Below, one piece after another: positions 1-8,716 of a stretch of 22,967 bases of DNA. The DNA lies in the NCBI GenBank assembly GCA_039588275.1, contig JBDHAC010000059.1, positions 1-22,967 on the forward strand, written 5' to 3'. This DNA is from Gemmatimonadota bacterium (GTDB lineage Bacteria; Gemmatimonadota; Gemmatimonadetes; Palauibacterales; Palauibacteraceae). A program made the translations under genes and the position numbers. The notes under the pieces are model-generated. The model was not told where the DNA came from and ran no database searches. It was given only the letters and a program-made list of their open reading frames with translations. Within the stretch, counting starts at the first letter, position 1, and each line of letters starts with the position of its first letter.

Positions 1-720
1 CGAGAGCTGGGTGAAGAGGACCCGAGGCTCCGGATCCAGATCGTGGGAGACTCCTTCGTCTTAGGGGATGGAGTCGAGGTGAGCGAGCGGTTCACCAATG
101 TGGTGGAGAGCCAGGTGCCGGACTGGCGCGTCGACAACCTCGGGATGACCGGATTCGGCCCCGGCCTGATGCTGCGGGCCTTCGAAGCCGTTGGGCTCGA
201 CGCGGAGCCCGACGTGGTGGTCGTCACCATGTACACCGACGATTTCAGGCGCGTGCGCCCCCACTACGCCGGGGTCGGGTTTCAGGTGCCGCGCTTCGAA
301 TTGAAGCAGGACAGCCTGGTGGACGTGGCGTATCCGACCCCAAAGCCCTGGAGCGGCCTGCGGCTGTTCCAGGGACTTCGGCACCTGTACTGGGCGCGAA
401 CCGACGCGGAACTCGAGCTCAACGGCGCGATCCTCGACCGGTTCGTTCGTCACGCGACGGAGCGAGGGTTCGAGCTGGTTCTTCTGTTCGTGCCCGGGCG
501 GGCCGACACTCGTACCGATCGGGGACGGCGGCGGTGGCTGCGCGAGTATGCCGGTCGCGCCGATACCCCCTTCCTCGATCTTACCGGGGCCATTCACTCC
601 GTACCTAGGGACGAGCTGTTCATTCCTTCGAACCCGCACCTGAACCCGGCCGGACATCGGATCATCGCCGACGAGCTGATCAGATTCCTCGATGAGCGGG
701 GCATCGCCAGGACTCCGTGA
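1..720 (+). CDS. SGNH/GDSL hydrolase-family protein, 5' end outside the window
   Basis: Frame is open from position 1 (RELGEEDPRLRIQIV-GDSFVLG). Block I GDSF, block II NLGMTGFG, block III-like YTDD, block V-like NPHLNPAGH. Stop TGA at 718-720. Confidence 0.8.
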   Translation, partial: RELGEEDPRLRIQIVGDSFVLGDGVEVSERFTNVVESQVPDWRVDNLGMTGFGPGLMLRAFEAVGLDAEPDVVVVTMYTDDFRRVRPHYAGVGFQVPRFELKQDSLVDVAYPTPKPWSGLRLFQGLRHLYWARTDAELELNGAILDRFVRHATERGFELVLLFVPGRADTRTDRGRRRWLREYAGRADTPFLDLTGAIHSVPRDELFIPSNPHLNPAGHRIIADELIRFLDERGIARTP

Positions 721-934
721 GATCCGGCGCCCCGCGCACCGGAAAGCAAACGGCGTGGCGTGCCGGCATTCGGTCTCCTTTGTCCCGACTCCGCCACACT
801 CTCACGCGATCGGCAGCCAAGCCACGCCGCAACCAGTTTGTTGCTGCGGACTCGCCACAATCCGTGATTCCAGCTGGTCCGTCATCTTGTCCTAACTGTA
901 TATGAAAATGCAAGTTGTGAGCATCGATCGCAAT

Positions 935-950
935 CGGAACATGTATTGCA
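935..950 (+). promoter_or_regulatory. Candidate sigma54 (-24/-12) promoter for the lipoprotein gene at 1049
   Basis: CGGAACATGTATTGCA has GG(936-937)-N10-GC(948-949) with TTGC at -12. It lies in an AT-rich patch about 100 nt upstream of the ATG. Confidence 0.45.
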
Positions 951-1048
951 TTTGCGTCTGTATCTACTCGGGTTGGTGGGCGGTCGTGTTTGGGGGGCGG
1001 CTTGGGGATACCTGCGGGCGGTTGAAGCCAAACCAGAAGGAGCCAGAC

Positions 1049-1858
1049 ATGAAGAAACTTCACTCCCTGATCCTGGCCAGTGTGGTCGCCATCGTGGCCT
1101 GCGAATCAGGGCCCGTGGATCCGAACCGTCAACCGGAGCTCGATCACATTCCGGTGCTTCCCGGTGATGACGCGAGGTGGGGCCACCTCAAAGTCTGTAA
1201 GTTCGGCACCGCTGCGAACTTCGAGCTGACGATCGGTGCGGTGACGACACCGTTCTCGCTCGCCGCTGGCGAGTGCGACAACGTGATCGAGCAAACCACG
1301 CCCGGTACTATCGATTTCACGGTCACCGAACTCGCCTCGGCGACGTACGCGCTCCTGGGCATTACCCGGACCGTAACGGACGTAGCACTTGGGGCGGACG
1401 TGATTGACAACCCGGCGGGTCCGAGCGTGACCGATTTCATCAGGGGCGATCGGGGCGTCATCCTCGAGTTCACGAATGAGCCCATACGGGGAGACGACGG
1501 CTGCACGCCGGGCTACTGGAAGAACCACGCGGGCCCGGATTCGCACTCCAGAGGCGGCCAGAGGAGGGCATCCTCGTGGCAGGGCTACGATCCGAATGAC
1601 AGCTTTGACGCCACGTTCGGAGTCGCATCGAGCTTCGGGGGAACGCTCATCCAGGCCTTGATTCGAGGCGGGGGCGGCGAGAACGCGCTCGGCCGGCACG
1701 CGGTCGCAGCGCTCCTCAACGCGGCGCACGGTACCGTGATCTTCTTCTATACGGAGGCCGAGGTCATAGGCATCGTTCAGGATGCCTATTCGAGCGGGGA
1801 CTTCGGAGCTGCGAAAGATCTTCTGGCGACGCAGAACGAGATGGGTTGCCCGCTGTAA
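1049..1858 (+). CDS. Lipoprotein (269 aa) with an uncharacterised C-terminal GCTPGYWKNH...AVAALLNA...NE.GCPL domain
   Basis: AAGGAG RBS at 1037-1042 before ATG 1049. Signal MKKLHSLILASVVAIVA-C ends in a lipobox-like Cys. Followed by a terminator. The ORF-track start at 902 is an upstream extension. Confidence 0.8.
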   Translation: MKKLHSLILASVVAIVACESGPVDPNRQPELDHIPVLPGDDARWGHLKVCKFGTAANFELTIGAVTTPFSLAAGECDNVIEQTTPGTIDFTVTELASATYALLGITRTVTDVALGADVIDNPAGPSVTDFIRGDRGVILEFTNEPIRGDDGCTPGYWKNHAGPDSHSRGGQRRASSWQGYDPNDSFDATFGVASSFGGTLIQALIRGGGGENALGRHAVAALLNAAHGTVIFFYTEAEVIGIVQDAYSSGDFGAAKDLLATQNEMGCPL

Positions 1859-1892
1859 GCCAAGCCGGATCTTCGCCCGATTACCGGGCTAT

Positions 1893-1922
1893 GGGGAGGC
1901 GCTTCGGCGCCTCCCCTTTTTT
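1893..1922 (+). terminator. Rho-independent terminator
   Basis: GGGGAGGCGC-TTCG-GCGCCTCCCC is a perfect 10-bp stem with a C(UUCG)G loop, followed by TTTTTT, 35 nt after the 1858 stop. Confidence 0.9.
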
Positions 1923-2042
1923 CTGCATGACTGTTCGCCTCCGGTACGCCCGGTCCCACGGACGGACACCGAGTCGCGCAGAGTCGCCAATCCACTCATC
2001 CGTAACAGGTTGTCAAGTAAAGATTTATGGCGCTGTACCGCG

Positions 2043-2058
2043 TGGCACAGCGTTAGCA
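2043..2058 (+). promoter_or_regulatory. Candidate sigma54 promoter for the ADOP permease
   Basis: TGGCACAGCGTTAGCA has an exact TGGCAC -24 box and GG-N10-GC spacing. An AT-rich, IHF-like TAACAGGTTGTCA lies at 2003-2015. Confidence 0.6.
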
Positions 2059-2143
2059 TAGGGGCTCTTACGGCGGGACCCGCAGAAGCGGGTCCGAGAC
2101 CCCGGGGATCGGGTCAAGGCTTCCGTACCGGAGGGCCACAGGA

Positions 2144-4570
2144 ATGGACACGCTTCGAGATATCCGGCAGGCGGTCCGCCGCCTCGCCAAAAGCCCCACC
2201 TACACGATGATCGTCGTGGCCACGCTCGCACTCGGCATCGGCGCGAACACCACGATCTTCAGCTTCGTCAACAGTCTGCTGCTGCGACCGCTTCCGTACG
2301 AGGACCCCGACGGACTGGTCACGGTCAACCACAACTACCCCTCCGTCGATCTCGTCACCGGGATCTCGGCGCCCGGCTTCCGTGACTATCAGAACCGGGC
2401 TCGCAGCTTCGAGCACATCGGCATTGTTCAGGGGTGGACGCCGAACCTGACCGGCACCGGCCCGCCGGAGCGTTTGGTGGGGGCCCGCACCTCGTTCAAC
2501 TACCTGCAGACGTACGGTCTCGCTCCGGTCCGCGGCCGGTTCATCCTGCCCGAGGAGGACACTCCTGGCGGGCCCAGCGTCGTCGTTGTGAGCCACGGGT
2601 TCTGGGTGCAGCGGCTCGGGGGCGCGGACGACGTGGTGGGGACTCGAGTCCTGTTCGACGGAGAGCCGTACGAGATCGTCGGGGTGGTGCCGCCGGGGTT
2701 CGAGGACTTCTTCGGTCGGCAGCGGGAGTTCTGGGTGCCGCTCCGCCTGGAGCCCGACGCCTTCTCGGACAACTTCCGGATCCGGGAGAGCTACCAGGCC
2801 GTGGCGCGCCTCACGGACGGTGTGTCGGTCGAGGCAGCCTCACGCGAGATGGCCGCGCTCGCCGAGACGATCAAGCAGGAACTCCCGGGGACATACCCGC
2901 CTTCGTGGACGTTGCTGGTCGGATCGCTGGCCGAACGAGCGGAGGCTGGCTACCGGTCGACGCTGTTGCTCCTCTTCGGGGCCGTGGGGTTCGTGCTCCT
3001 GATCACGTGCGCCAACGTGGGCAACATGTTCCTCGCGCGCTCGATAGGGCGGCGCAAAGAGATCGCCATCCGGCGAGCCCTGGGCTCCGGCCGCTGGCAG
3101 CTGATCCGCCAGCTGCTCGCCGAGAGCGTGGTCCTGTCGCTGCTCGGCGGTGCCGTCGGTCTGCTGCTCGCGGACTTCGGGATCCGTGCGCTCGTGCTCA
3201 CGGGACCGGCGTATCTGTCCGCGACGACGGTCCAGCTGGACGTGGGCGTGCTGATCTTCACGCTCGTCGTCTCGCTGGCGGTCGGGATCATCTTCGGTCT
3301 CGGCGCGGCGCTGCACGGACTGAAGCTCGACGTCCAGGAGACGATCAAGGACGGCGGCCAGAGCTCACGCGCGGACCGAAGCGGCCGCACGCTTCGGCAC
3401 TCGTTGGTGATCGCGGAGTTCGCGCTGGCGCTGCTGCTCCTCACGGGCGCCGGGCTCATGCTTCGGAGCATCGATCGGATCAGCGATATCGATCCCGGCT
3501 TTCGCTCCGATCATCTGATGACGGCGAGCCTGCGACTCCCGCTATTGAAGTACCCCGAAAGCCCCGAGCGCATAGCCTTCTTCGATCGCGTGATTCCGGA
3601 GCTCGAAGCGCTCCCGGGCGTCGTCTCGGTGAGTACGTCGACTCAGGTGCCGTTCACCGCGTCCACGTTCACGTCGGTGTTTAATATCGAGGGCTACGTC
3701 CCGGGACCCGATGACCCGAATCCCTGGGGCGAGATCCGGACGGTCAGCACGGGATTCGCCGAGACGATGGGGCTGCCTCTCGTCCGCGGACGGTTCTTCG
3801 AGCCGTCAGATGACCTGGACGCCACCCCGGTCCTGGTCGTGGATACGGAGATGGTGCGGCGGTGGTGGCCGGACGAGGACCCGATCGGCAAGCGCATCAC
3901 GTTCGGCGACCCGACGAGCGACGCATCGATCTACATCACGGTAGTCGGGGTCGTCGGGAACATGAAGAACCTCGGACTCGATGCGACGCCGCGGCTGCAG
4001 CTCTACTTCCCCTACCGTCAGGTGGGCGCCGTAGAGACGACGCTGTTCGTTCGCACGACGCAGGATCCCGGCACCGTGGTCTCGGCGGTGCGAAACGCCG
4101 TGCTCGCGGTGGACGCCGATCAGCCCATCTCCAACGTGCAGATCATGGATGAGCTGATCGCCGATTCGATCGGCAATCGGCGGATTCTCACGCTGCTGCT
4201 GTCGGTGTTCGCCGGGCTTGCCCTCATCCTCGCGACCGTGGGCATCTACGGAGTCATGTCGTATGGCGTGCGCGAGCGGTTCCGTGAGTTCGGAATCCGC
4301 ATGACGTTCGGTGCGAATCGTGCCACCTTGCTCCAGATGGTCCTCGGCCAGGGGATGGTGCTCGCGGTCGGCGGCATCTTCGTCGGCCTGCTCGGATCGC
4401 TCGCACTGACGCGCGTGCTGCGCAGCCAGCTCTACGAGGTAGGCACCTTCGATCCGACCACGCTGACTCTCGTCATCGCGTTGTTGCTGGGCGTGGCCGC
4501 GATATCGATCTTCGTGCCCGCGAACCGCGCGTCGCGGGTCGACCCGGCGACGACGCTCCGCATGGAGTAG
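2144..4570 (+). CDS. ABC transporter permease, duplicated MacB_PCD/FtsX architecture (ADOP-type orphan permease), 808 aa
   Basis: Hallmarks: TLALGIGANTTIFS, LLITCANVGNMFLAR..GRRKEIAIRRALG, QLLAESVVLS, GIYGVMSY.V.ER.REFGIRM, PA.RASRVDP. GGAGG at 2130-2134. Confidence 0.93.
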   Translation: MDTLRDIRQAVRRLAKSPTYTMIVVATLALGIGANTTIFSFVNSLLLRPLPYEDPDGLVTVNHNYPSVDLVTGISAPGFRDYQNRARSFEHIGIVQGWTPNLTGTGPPERLVGARTSFNYLQTYGLAPVRGRFILPEEDTPGGPSVVVVSHGFWVQRLGGADDVVGTRVLFDGEPYEIVGVVPPGFEDFFGRQREFWVPLRLEPDAFSDNFRIRESYQAVARLTDGVSVEAASREMAALAETIKQELPGTYPPSWTLLVGSLAERAEAGYRSTLLLLFGAVGFVLLITCANVGNMFLARSIGRRKEIAIRRALGSGRWQLIRQLLAESVVLSLLGGAVGLLLADFGIRALVLTGPAYLSATTVQLDVGVLIFTLVVSLAVGIIFGLGAALHGLKLDVQETIKDGGQSSRADRSGRTLRHSLVIAEFALALLLLTGAGLMLRSIDRISDIDPGFRSDHLMTASLRLPLLKYPESPERIAFFDRVIPELEALPGVVSVSTSTQVPFTASTFTSVFNIEGYVPGPDDPNPWGEIRTVSTGFAETMGLPLVRGRFFEPSDDLDATPVLVVDTEMVRRWWPDEDPIGKRITFGDPTSDASIYITVVGVVGNMKNLGLDATPRLQLYFPYRQVGAVETTLFVRTTQDPGTVVSAVRNAVLAVDADQPISNVQIMDELIADSIGNRRILTLLLSVFAGLALILATVGIYGVMSYGVRERFREFGIRMTFGANRATLLQMVLGQGMVLAVGGIFVGLLGSLALTRVLRSQLYEVGTFDPTTLTLVIALLLGVAAISIFVPANRASRVDPATTLRME

Positions 4571-4640
4571 AGAAACGGCTACCTTTGGGAGCCTCAGAGT
4601 CGGTTGAGTCCCTTCTTCTCGTTTTACGCCGGGGGTATCA

Positions 4641-5249
4641 ATGGCATCATCCGGAGACTGTGCCGGAATCCTAATCGCACCCGGCGGTGTTCACCGTCTT
4701 CTCCTCGTGGGTCTCTTCAGCCTCGGTTTCATATGCATCGCTGCCCCGCGGGAGGCCCGTGGGGTGCAACAGCCGCCCGGAGAATGGACCGTCGAGTTCT
4801 CCGAAACATCGGGCGATGGATCACCCACATTCCGATCCGAGCCTCAATCGGTGAGTGTACGCGAAGCGATGGGCGCAGTACTGGCGACAGCCGAGTCATT
4901 CCGGATGTTGACCGACCTGATAGAGCCTCGGTTGGCGGGGTGTCGGTCCACCCGACCCGACCTTCCGGACGCGCGGATCCTGCCGGGTGAGATCGCGGAC
5001 AGGGTCGGCTCGCTCAATCTGGCCGTGTTCGAAGACGGCCAGGTGAATCTCACGTTTCGCACTACGACGAACGGTCCGGAATACGCGATCACCCTCCGGT
5101 CCGAATCTGGAGTCGTCCAGGTATCGCGTGCAGCGTCCGGGGAACTCGTCCTGGTAGGGACCGGGGCACCTCTGAGCGTAACCCGCGAACGCGCCGAGAT
5201 GTTCACCTGCGATGGGGCGGCCGACTTCACGATAAGGCTGGTACCGTAG
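4641..5249 (+). CDS. Hypothetical protein, probably secreted
   Basis: Fills the gap between two same-strand genes. Hydrophobic stretch LLLVGLFSLGFICIAA is followed by a beta-strand-like mature region. No family recognised and the start is uncertain. Confidence 0.5.
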   Translation: MASSGDCAGILIAPGGVHRLLLVGLFSLGFICIAAPREARGVQQPPGEWTVEFSETSGDGSPTFRSEPQSVSVREAMGAVLATAESFRMLTDLIEPRLAGCRSTRPDLPDARILPGEIADRVGSLNLAVFEDGQVNLTFRTTTNGPEYAITLRSESGVVQVSRAASGELVLVGTGAPLSVTRERAEMFTCDGAADFTIRLVP

Positions 5250-5277
5250 CAGTCTCGTCTGGCCGACCCACGTCGGC

Positions 5278-6258
5278 ATGAGTGCGAGCCCCGCCATCCG
5301 CGTAACCGGTCTCGAGAAGCGCTACGGCGCCACCACCGCCGTCGATGGGATCTCCTTCCAGATCGCGCCCGGCGAGGTGTTCTGTCTACTCGGACCGAAC
5401 GGAGCCGGAAAAACCACCACGATCGAGTGTCTGGAGGGTTACCGGAAGCCCGACGCCGGGGAGATCCGGGTGCTGGGCATGGATCCGCAACTCGATGAGA
5501 CGACGCTGCGTCGCCGTATCGGCGTCCAGCTGCAGGAAGCGAGCTTGCCCGCTCGGCTGCGTGTGTGGGAGATCCTCCAGCTCTTCTCGGTCCTGTATGA
5601 GCGGCCGGCGGTTCCGTGGGAGCTCCTCGAGCGACTCGGGCTCGAGGCCAAGCGCGATACCTACTTCGACAAGCTCTCCGGCGGACAGAAGCAACGCCTC
5701 TTCGTCGCGCTCGCGCTCATCAACGAGCCCGAGGTCGTATTTCTGGACGAGATCACGACGGGACTCGATCCGCGCGCCCGACATTCCATCTGGGAGCTGA
5801 TCCGCGGGATACAGAACTCCGGGACGACCGTGGTCCTCACAACGCACTTCATGGATGAGGCCGAGGCGCTCGCGGATCGCGTCGCCATCATGAAGTCGGG
5901 GCGTCTGGTCGCTAACGACGCACCGGCCACCCTGATCGCCGGGGTCCCGCGCGGCGAGGAGGTCCAGCTGCACATCGAAGGTGAGGTCGATCTTTCGGCG
6001 ATCGAGGCTGTGGAAGGAGTCATTGGCATCGAGCCGGAGTCAGGTGGGCTGACGGCTCGCGGCGGCGGCCGCGGCTGGATCGCTCGACTCGTCGCCGCGA
6101 TCGACGGGCAGGACGCGATGTTGGTCGACCTGAGCACCCGGAGACCGTCGCTCGAGGACGTGTACCTACAGCTCACCGGTGAGGAGGAATACGAGCCCGA
6201 AGGCACGTCCCCCGAGGAATACGAGCCCGAAGACACGTCGCCCGAGGACGGACCGTGA
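5278..6258 (+). CDS. ABC-2 type exporter ATP-binding subunit (DrrA/CcmA-like)
   Basis: Walker A GPNGAGKTT, signature LSGGQKQR, Walker B VVFLDE, H-loop TTH, C-terminal PSLEDVYLQLTG. Confidence 0.95.
   Translation: MSASPAIRVTGLEKRYGATTAVDGISFQIAPGEVFCLLGPNGAGKTTTIECLEGYRKPDAGEIRVLGMDPQLDETTLRRRIGVQLQEASLPARLRVWEILQLFSVLYERPAVPWELLERLGLEAKRDTYFDKLSGGQKQRLFVALALINEPEVVFLDEITTGLDPRARHSIWELIRGIQNSGTTVVLTTHFMDEAEALADRVAIMKSGRLVANDAPATLIAGVPRGEEVQLHIEGEVDLSAIEAVEGVIGIEPESGGLTARGGGRGWIARLVAAIDGQDAMLVDLSTRRPSLEDVYLQLTGEEEYEPEGTSPEEYEPEDTSPEDGP
6184..6249 (+). repeat. 30-bp in-frame tandem repeat (about 2.2 copies) at the end of the ATPase gene
   Basis: GAGGAATACGAGCCCGAAGGCACGTCCCCC and GAGGAATACGAGCCCGAAGACACGTCGCCC are 28/30 identical, followed by GAGGAC. 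Encodes EEYEPE(G/D)TSP twice. Confidence 0.9.
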
Positions 6259-6277
6259 GCATGGTCGAGGACGGATC

Positions 6278-7024
6278 TTGAGCAAGCTGATCGCCCTGAC
6301 CGTGGCCCAGGCCAAGCTGTTCATCCGCGAGCCGGCCGCGTTCTTCTTCACGCTGATCTTCCCGCTCCTCCTGATCGTGATGTTCGGGTTGGTGTTCGGA
6401 AACGAGCCCGGCGCGTCGTTCCCGGGTCCCTTCGGCTACGTCGATTACTCAACGCCCGCGATTACCGCCCTCATCATCGTCTCGGTCGGCCTCATGGGGA
6501 TCCCGATCCAGACCGCGACCGCTCGCGAGAACAAGATCCTCAGGCGGTTCCGGGCGGCGCCGATGCGACCCACGACCTACGTCGGCGCCACGGTGGTCGT
6601 GTACTACCTCATGTCGCTCGTCGGGATGGCCCTGACCATCGTGGTCGCGAAGGCTCTCTTCGGGCTCCGGTTCGGCGGCAGTTGGGTCAACGTCACCGTG
6701 GCTTTCACGCTGGTCGCGGGTGCCTTCTTCTCGGTCGGCTACCTGATCGCGAGCGTCGCCTCCACGGCCCGCATCGCGCAGGTGGTTGGGCAACTTCTCT
6801 TCTTCCCGATGATGTTCCTATCCGGAGCGGCGATGCCGCTTCAGATCATGCCGGAAGGTGTGCGGAGCGTCGCGGAGCTGCTCCCCATGACGCATGCGGT
6901 GAAGCTGCTTCAGAACCTGTGGTTCGGGCAGGCTTGGGGGAGCTCCACGACCCACATCCTCGTCATGCTGGCGACGCTCGCCGCCGGCCTCGTGCTTTCC
7001 GCTCGCCTGTTCCGCTGGGAGTAG
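6278..7024 (+). CDS. ABC-2 type exporter permease (248 aa)
   Basis: Probable TTG start at 6278 after GAGGA. Motifs REPAAFFFTLIFP, RENKILRRFRAAP, FPMMFLSGA..P...MP, LPMTH and terminal FRWE. About six TM segments. Confidence 0.9.
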   Translation: MSKLIALTVAQAKLFIREPAAFFFTLIFPLLLIVMFGLVFGNEPGASFPGPFGYVDYSTPAITALIIVSVGLMGIPIQTATARENKILRRFRAAPMRPTTYVGATVVVYYLMSLVGMALTIVVAKALFGLRFGGSWVNVTVAFTLVAGAFFSVGYLIASVASTARIAQVVGQLLFFPMMFLSGAAMPLQIMPEGVRSVAELLPMTHAVKLLQNLWFGQAWGSSTTHILVMLATLAAGLVLSARLFRWE

Positions 7025-7091
7025 AAGCGCGCAGCGCGACGCAGCGTCTCACCCTCGACGGCAGACGCGAACCGGAGGGTGGTGCGACTTG

Positions 7092-8561
7092 TCAGCGCGC
7101 GATTGCGGCCGCGACCTCGCCGATGATGTCGTTGAGGTAGTCCCGAGCGCCCCCGGGACTCGGACCCAGTCGGACAACGACCATGTCGAGCGATGGTATG
7201 ATGGCGGTGTACTGTCCCATGAAGCCCGCAGCGTAGTAGGTGTCGGCGGGCGCGCGGGGCAGGTCGCCGCCCCGGTTGAGCCAGAACAGGCCCCCGTAGC
7301 TCTTCCCTGGATCGCCGGGCGCGGGCGTGCTCACGAACTCGGTCCAACCCTCGGGGAGGATGCGCTCGTCTTCCCACACTCCGTCCCATAAGTGGAGCAG
7401 CCCGAACCGCGCCCAATCCCACGCGCTCCCGAAGTCGTAGCCGGTGAGGATGAAGTTCCCCCATGGATCGGGCTCGAGCACGTAGTTGCGCGCGCCGATC
7501 CGGTCGAACAGCGCGCGCTGTGGGAAGGTGAGGTAGTCCTCGCCCCTCGCCTCGACCGACTGGCGGACGATCCGGCCGATCGTCAGCGGGTCGCTGTTCC
7601 GGTAGCGGAATTGTTCGTTGGGGGGAAGGTCGACCGGCTGGTCGGTCGCGTGATCGAAGACGTGGATCCCCTCGAAGTAGATCCGGAAGTGCTCGTTACC
7701 GTTCGTCCAGCTGGCCGCCCGGCCGATGCCCCAGTTCTGGAAGTCGAGCCCGCTGCTCATCCGGAGGAGGTCCTGGATCCGGATCGCCCCCCGCGGGTCA
7801 TCGGGATCTTCGTGCCACTCCGGTACGGGCGCAGGGTCGTCCAGCTCGACGTCCAGGTAGCCGAGCTGGATGGCCGTGCCCAGGAGCGCGGCCGTGATGC
7901 TCTTCCCCTGTGACCAGGAGATCTGTGGAGTGTTCCGGCTGAAGCCGGGGGCGTAGCGCTCGCCCAGGACCTTCCCCTTGTAGACGACCACGAGCGCGCG
8001 GGTGTTGTGCTCGCGCTGCGCCATCGCCCAGTCGAGCGCGGCATCGAGCTTCGCGGGGTCGACCTCGGCCGGCAGCGGGTCATGGTAGGCGCCCAGGTCG
8101 CCGGTGGGCCACGGCGTGGTTTCTGGATCCGGGATGCGCCGCTCGACGGGCGTGGGCTCGAAGTGCACGTCGTCGGTTCCTGGTGCGCGAATCGTACACC
8201 CCTGGTCGCCGTTGTACTCGGCGGTCTGACGCTCGATGCCGGGAGCCCACACCGAAGCCGTTCGCTCTTCCGGGTCGACGGCGTACTCGAAATCGTCCTG
8301 CCAATTGAAGAAGGGGAAGCGGGCAATGTCCTCGTGCAGGACCCGCTCGGGCGACCGCCGGTAGTCGCGCCCCACGACGAAGACTCCGGCGCACAGGTGA
8401 TGCGCGGCCATGCCGGCGCTGTGCGTTCGCACCTCGGTCACATCGATTTCGACCTCGGTGCCCGCAGACGGATCCTGTCCGGTGAGCCCGGCCGCTGCCC
8501 ACGCGACCCCGACCAGCACCGCCATGAACACCCGCGACCCGAACGTTGAGAGTGGTGGCAT
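7092..8561 (-). CDS. Secreted serine hydrolase, class C beta-lactamase/AmpC-like family (489 aa)
   Basis: ATG at 8561 with GAGGAG RBS and a signal peptide. SxxK (WSQGKS), LLRMSSGL, YxN (YRNSD), ARFGLL and AAGFMGQ motifs. The ORF-track start at 9194 overlaps the neighbouring gene. Confidence 0.88.
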   Translation of the reverse strand: MPPLSTFGSRVFMAVLVGVAWAAAGLTGQDPSAGTEVEIDVTEVRTHSAGMAAHHLCAGVFVVGRDYRRSPERVLHEDIARFPFFNWQDDFEYAVDPEERTASVWAPGIERQTAEYNGDQGCTIRAPGTDDVHFEPTPVERRIPDPETTPWPTGDLGAYHDPLPAEVDPAKLDAALDWAMAQREHNTRALVVVYKGKVLGERYAPGFSRNTPQISWSQGKSITAALLGTAIQLGYLDVELDDPAPVPEWHEDPDDPRGAIRIQDLLRMSSGLDFQNWGIGRAASWTNGNEHFRIYFEGIHVFDHATDQPVDLPPNEQFRYRNSDPLTIGRIVRQSVEARGEDYLTFPQRALFDRIGARNYVLEPDPWGNFILTGYDFGSAWDWARFGLLHLWDGVWEDERILPEGWTEFVSTPAPGDPGKSYGGLFWLNRGGDLPRAPADTYYAAGFMGQYTAIIPSLDMVVVRLGPSPGGARDYLNDIIGEVAAAIAR

Positions 8562-8716
8562 CGGCGATCTCCTCGCGAGGAATGAAAGGACAACATTGGC
8601 GATCCCGACATTCTCGGCGACCCCCTCGGTCGCTCCGTCGGCGCGGAGGGGTGAGATCATGGAACGGGGTGCCGGAAGGTGGGGTGGGACTGGCCATGCC
8701 GGAGCATGGCGGCCGA

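Noticed and set aside
902..1048. N-terminal extension of the lipoprotein ORF from ATG 902
   Set aside because: Runs through the AT-rich promoter region. The RBS and signal peptide point to ATG 1049.
6184..6249. CRISPR-like repeat
   Set aside because: Copies are adjacent with no spacers, in frame within a CDS, and there are no cas genes.
2144..7024. ADOP permease and the downstream ATPase as one transporter
   Set aside because: The ATPase is DrrA/CcmA-like and has its own ABC-2 permease. MacB/FtsX permeases pair with LolD-like ATPases.
7092..8561. Call as a true beta-lactamase resistance gene
   Set aside because: SxxK and YxN are shared by many esterases and amidases of this fold, and the KTG triad is absent (AAG).
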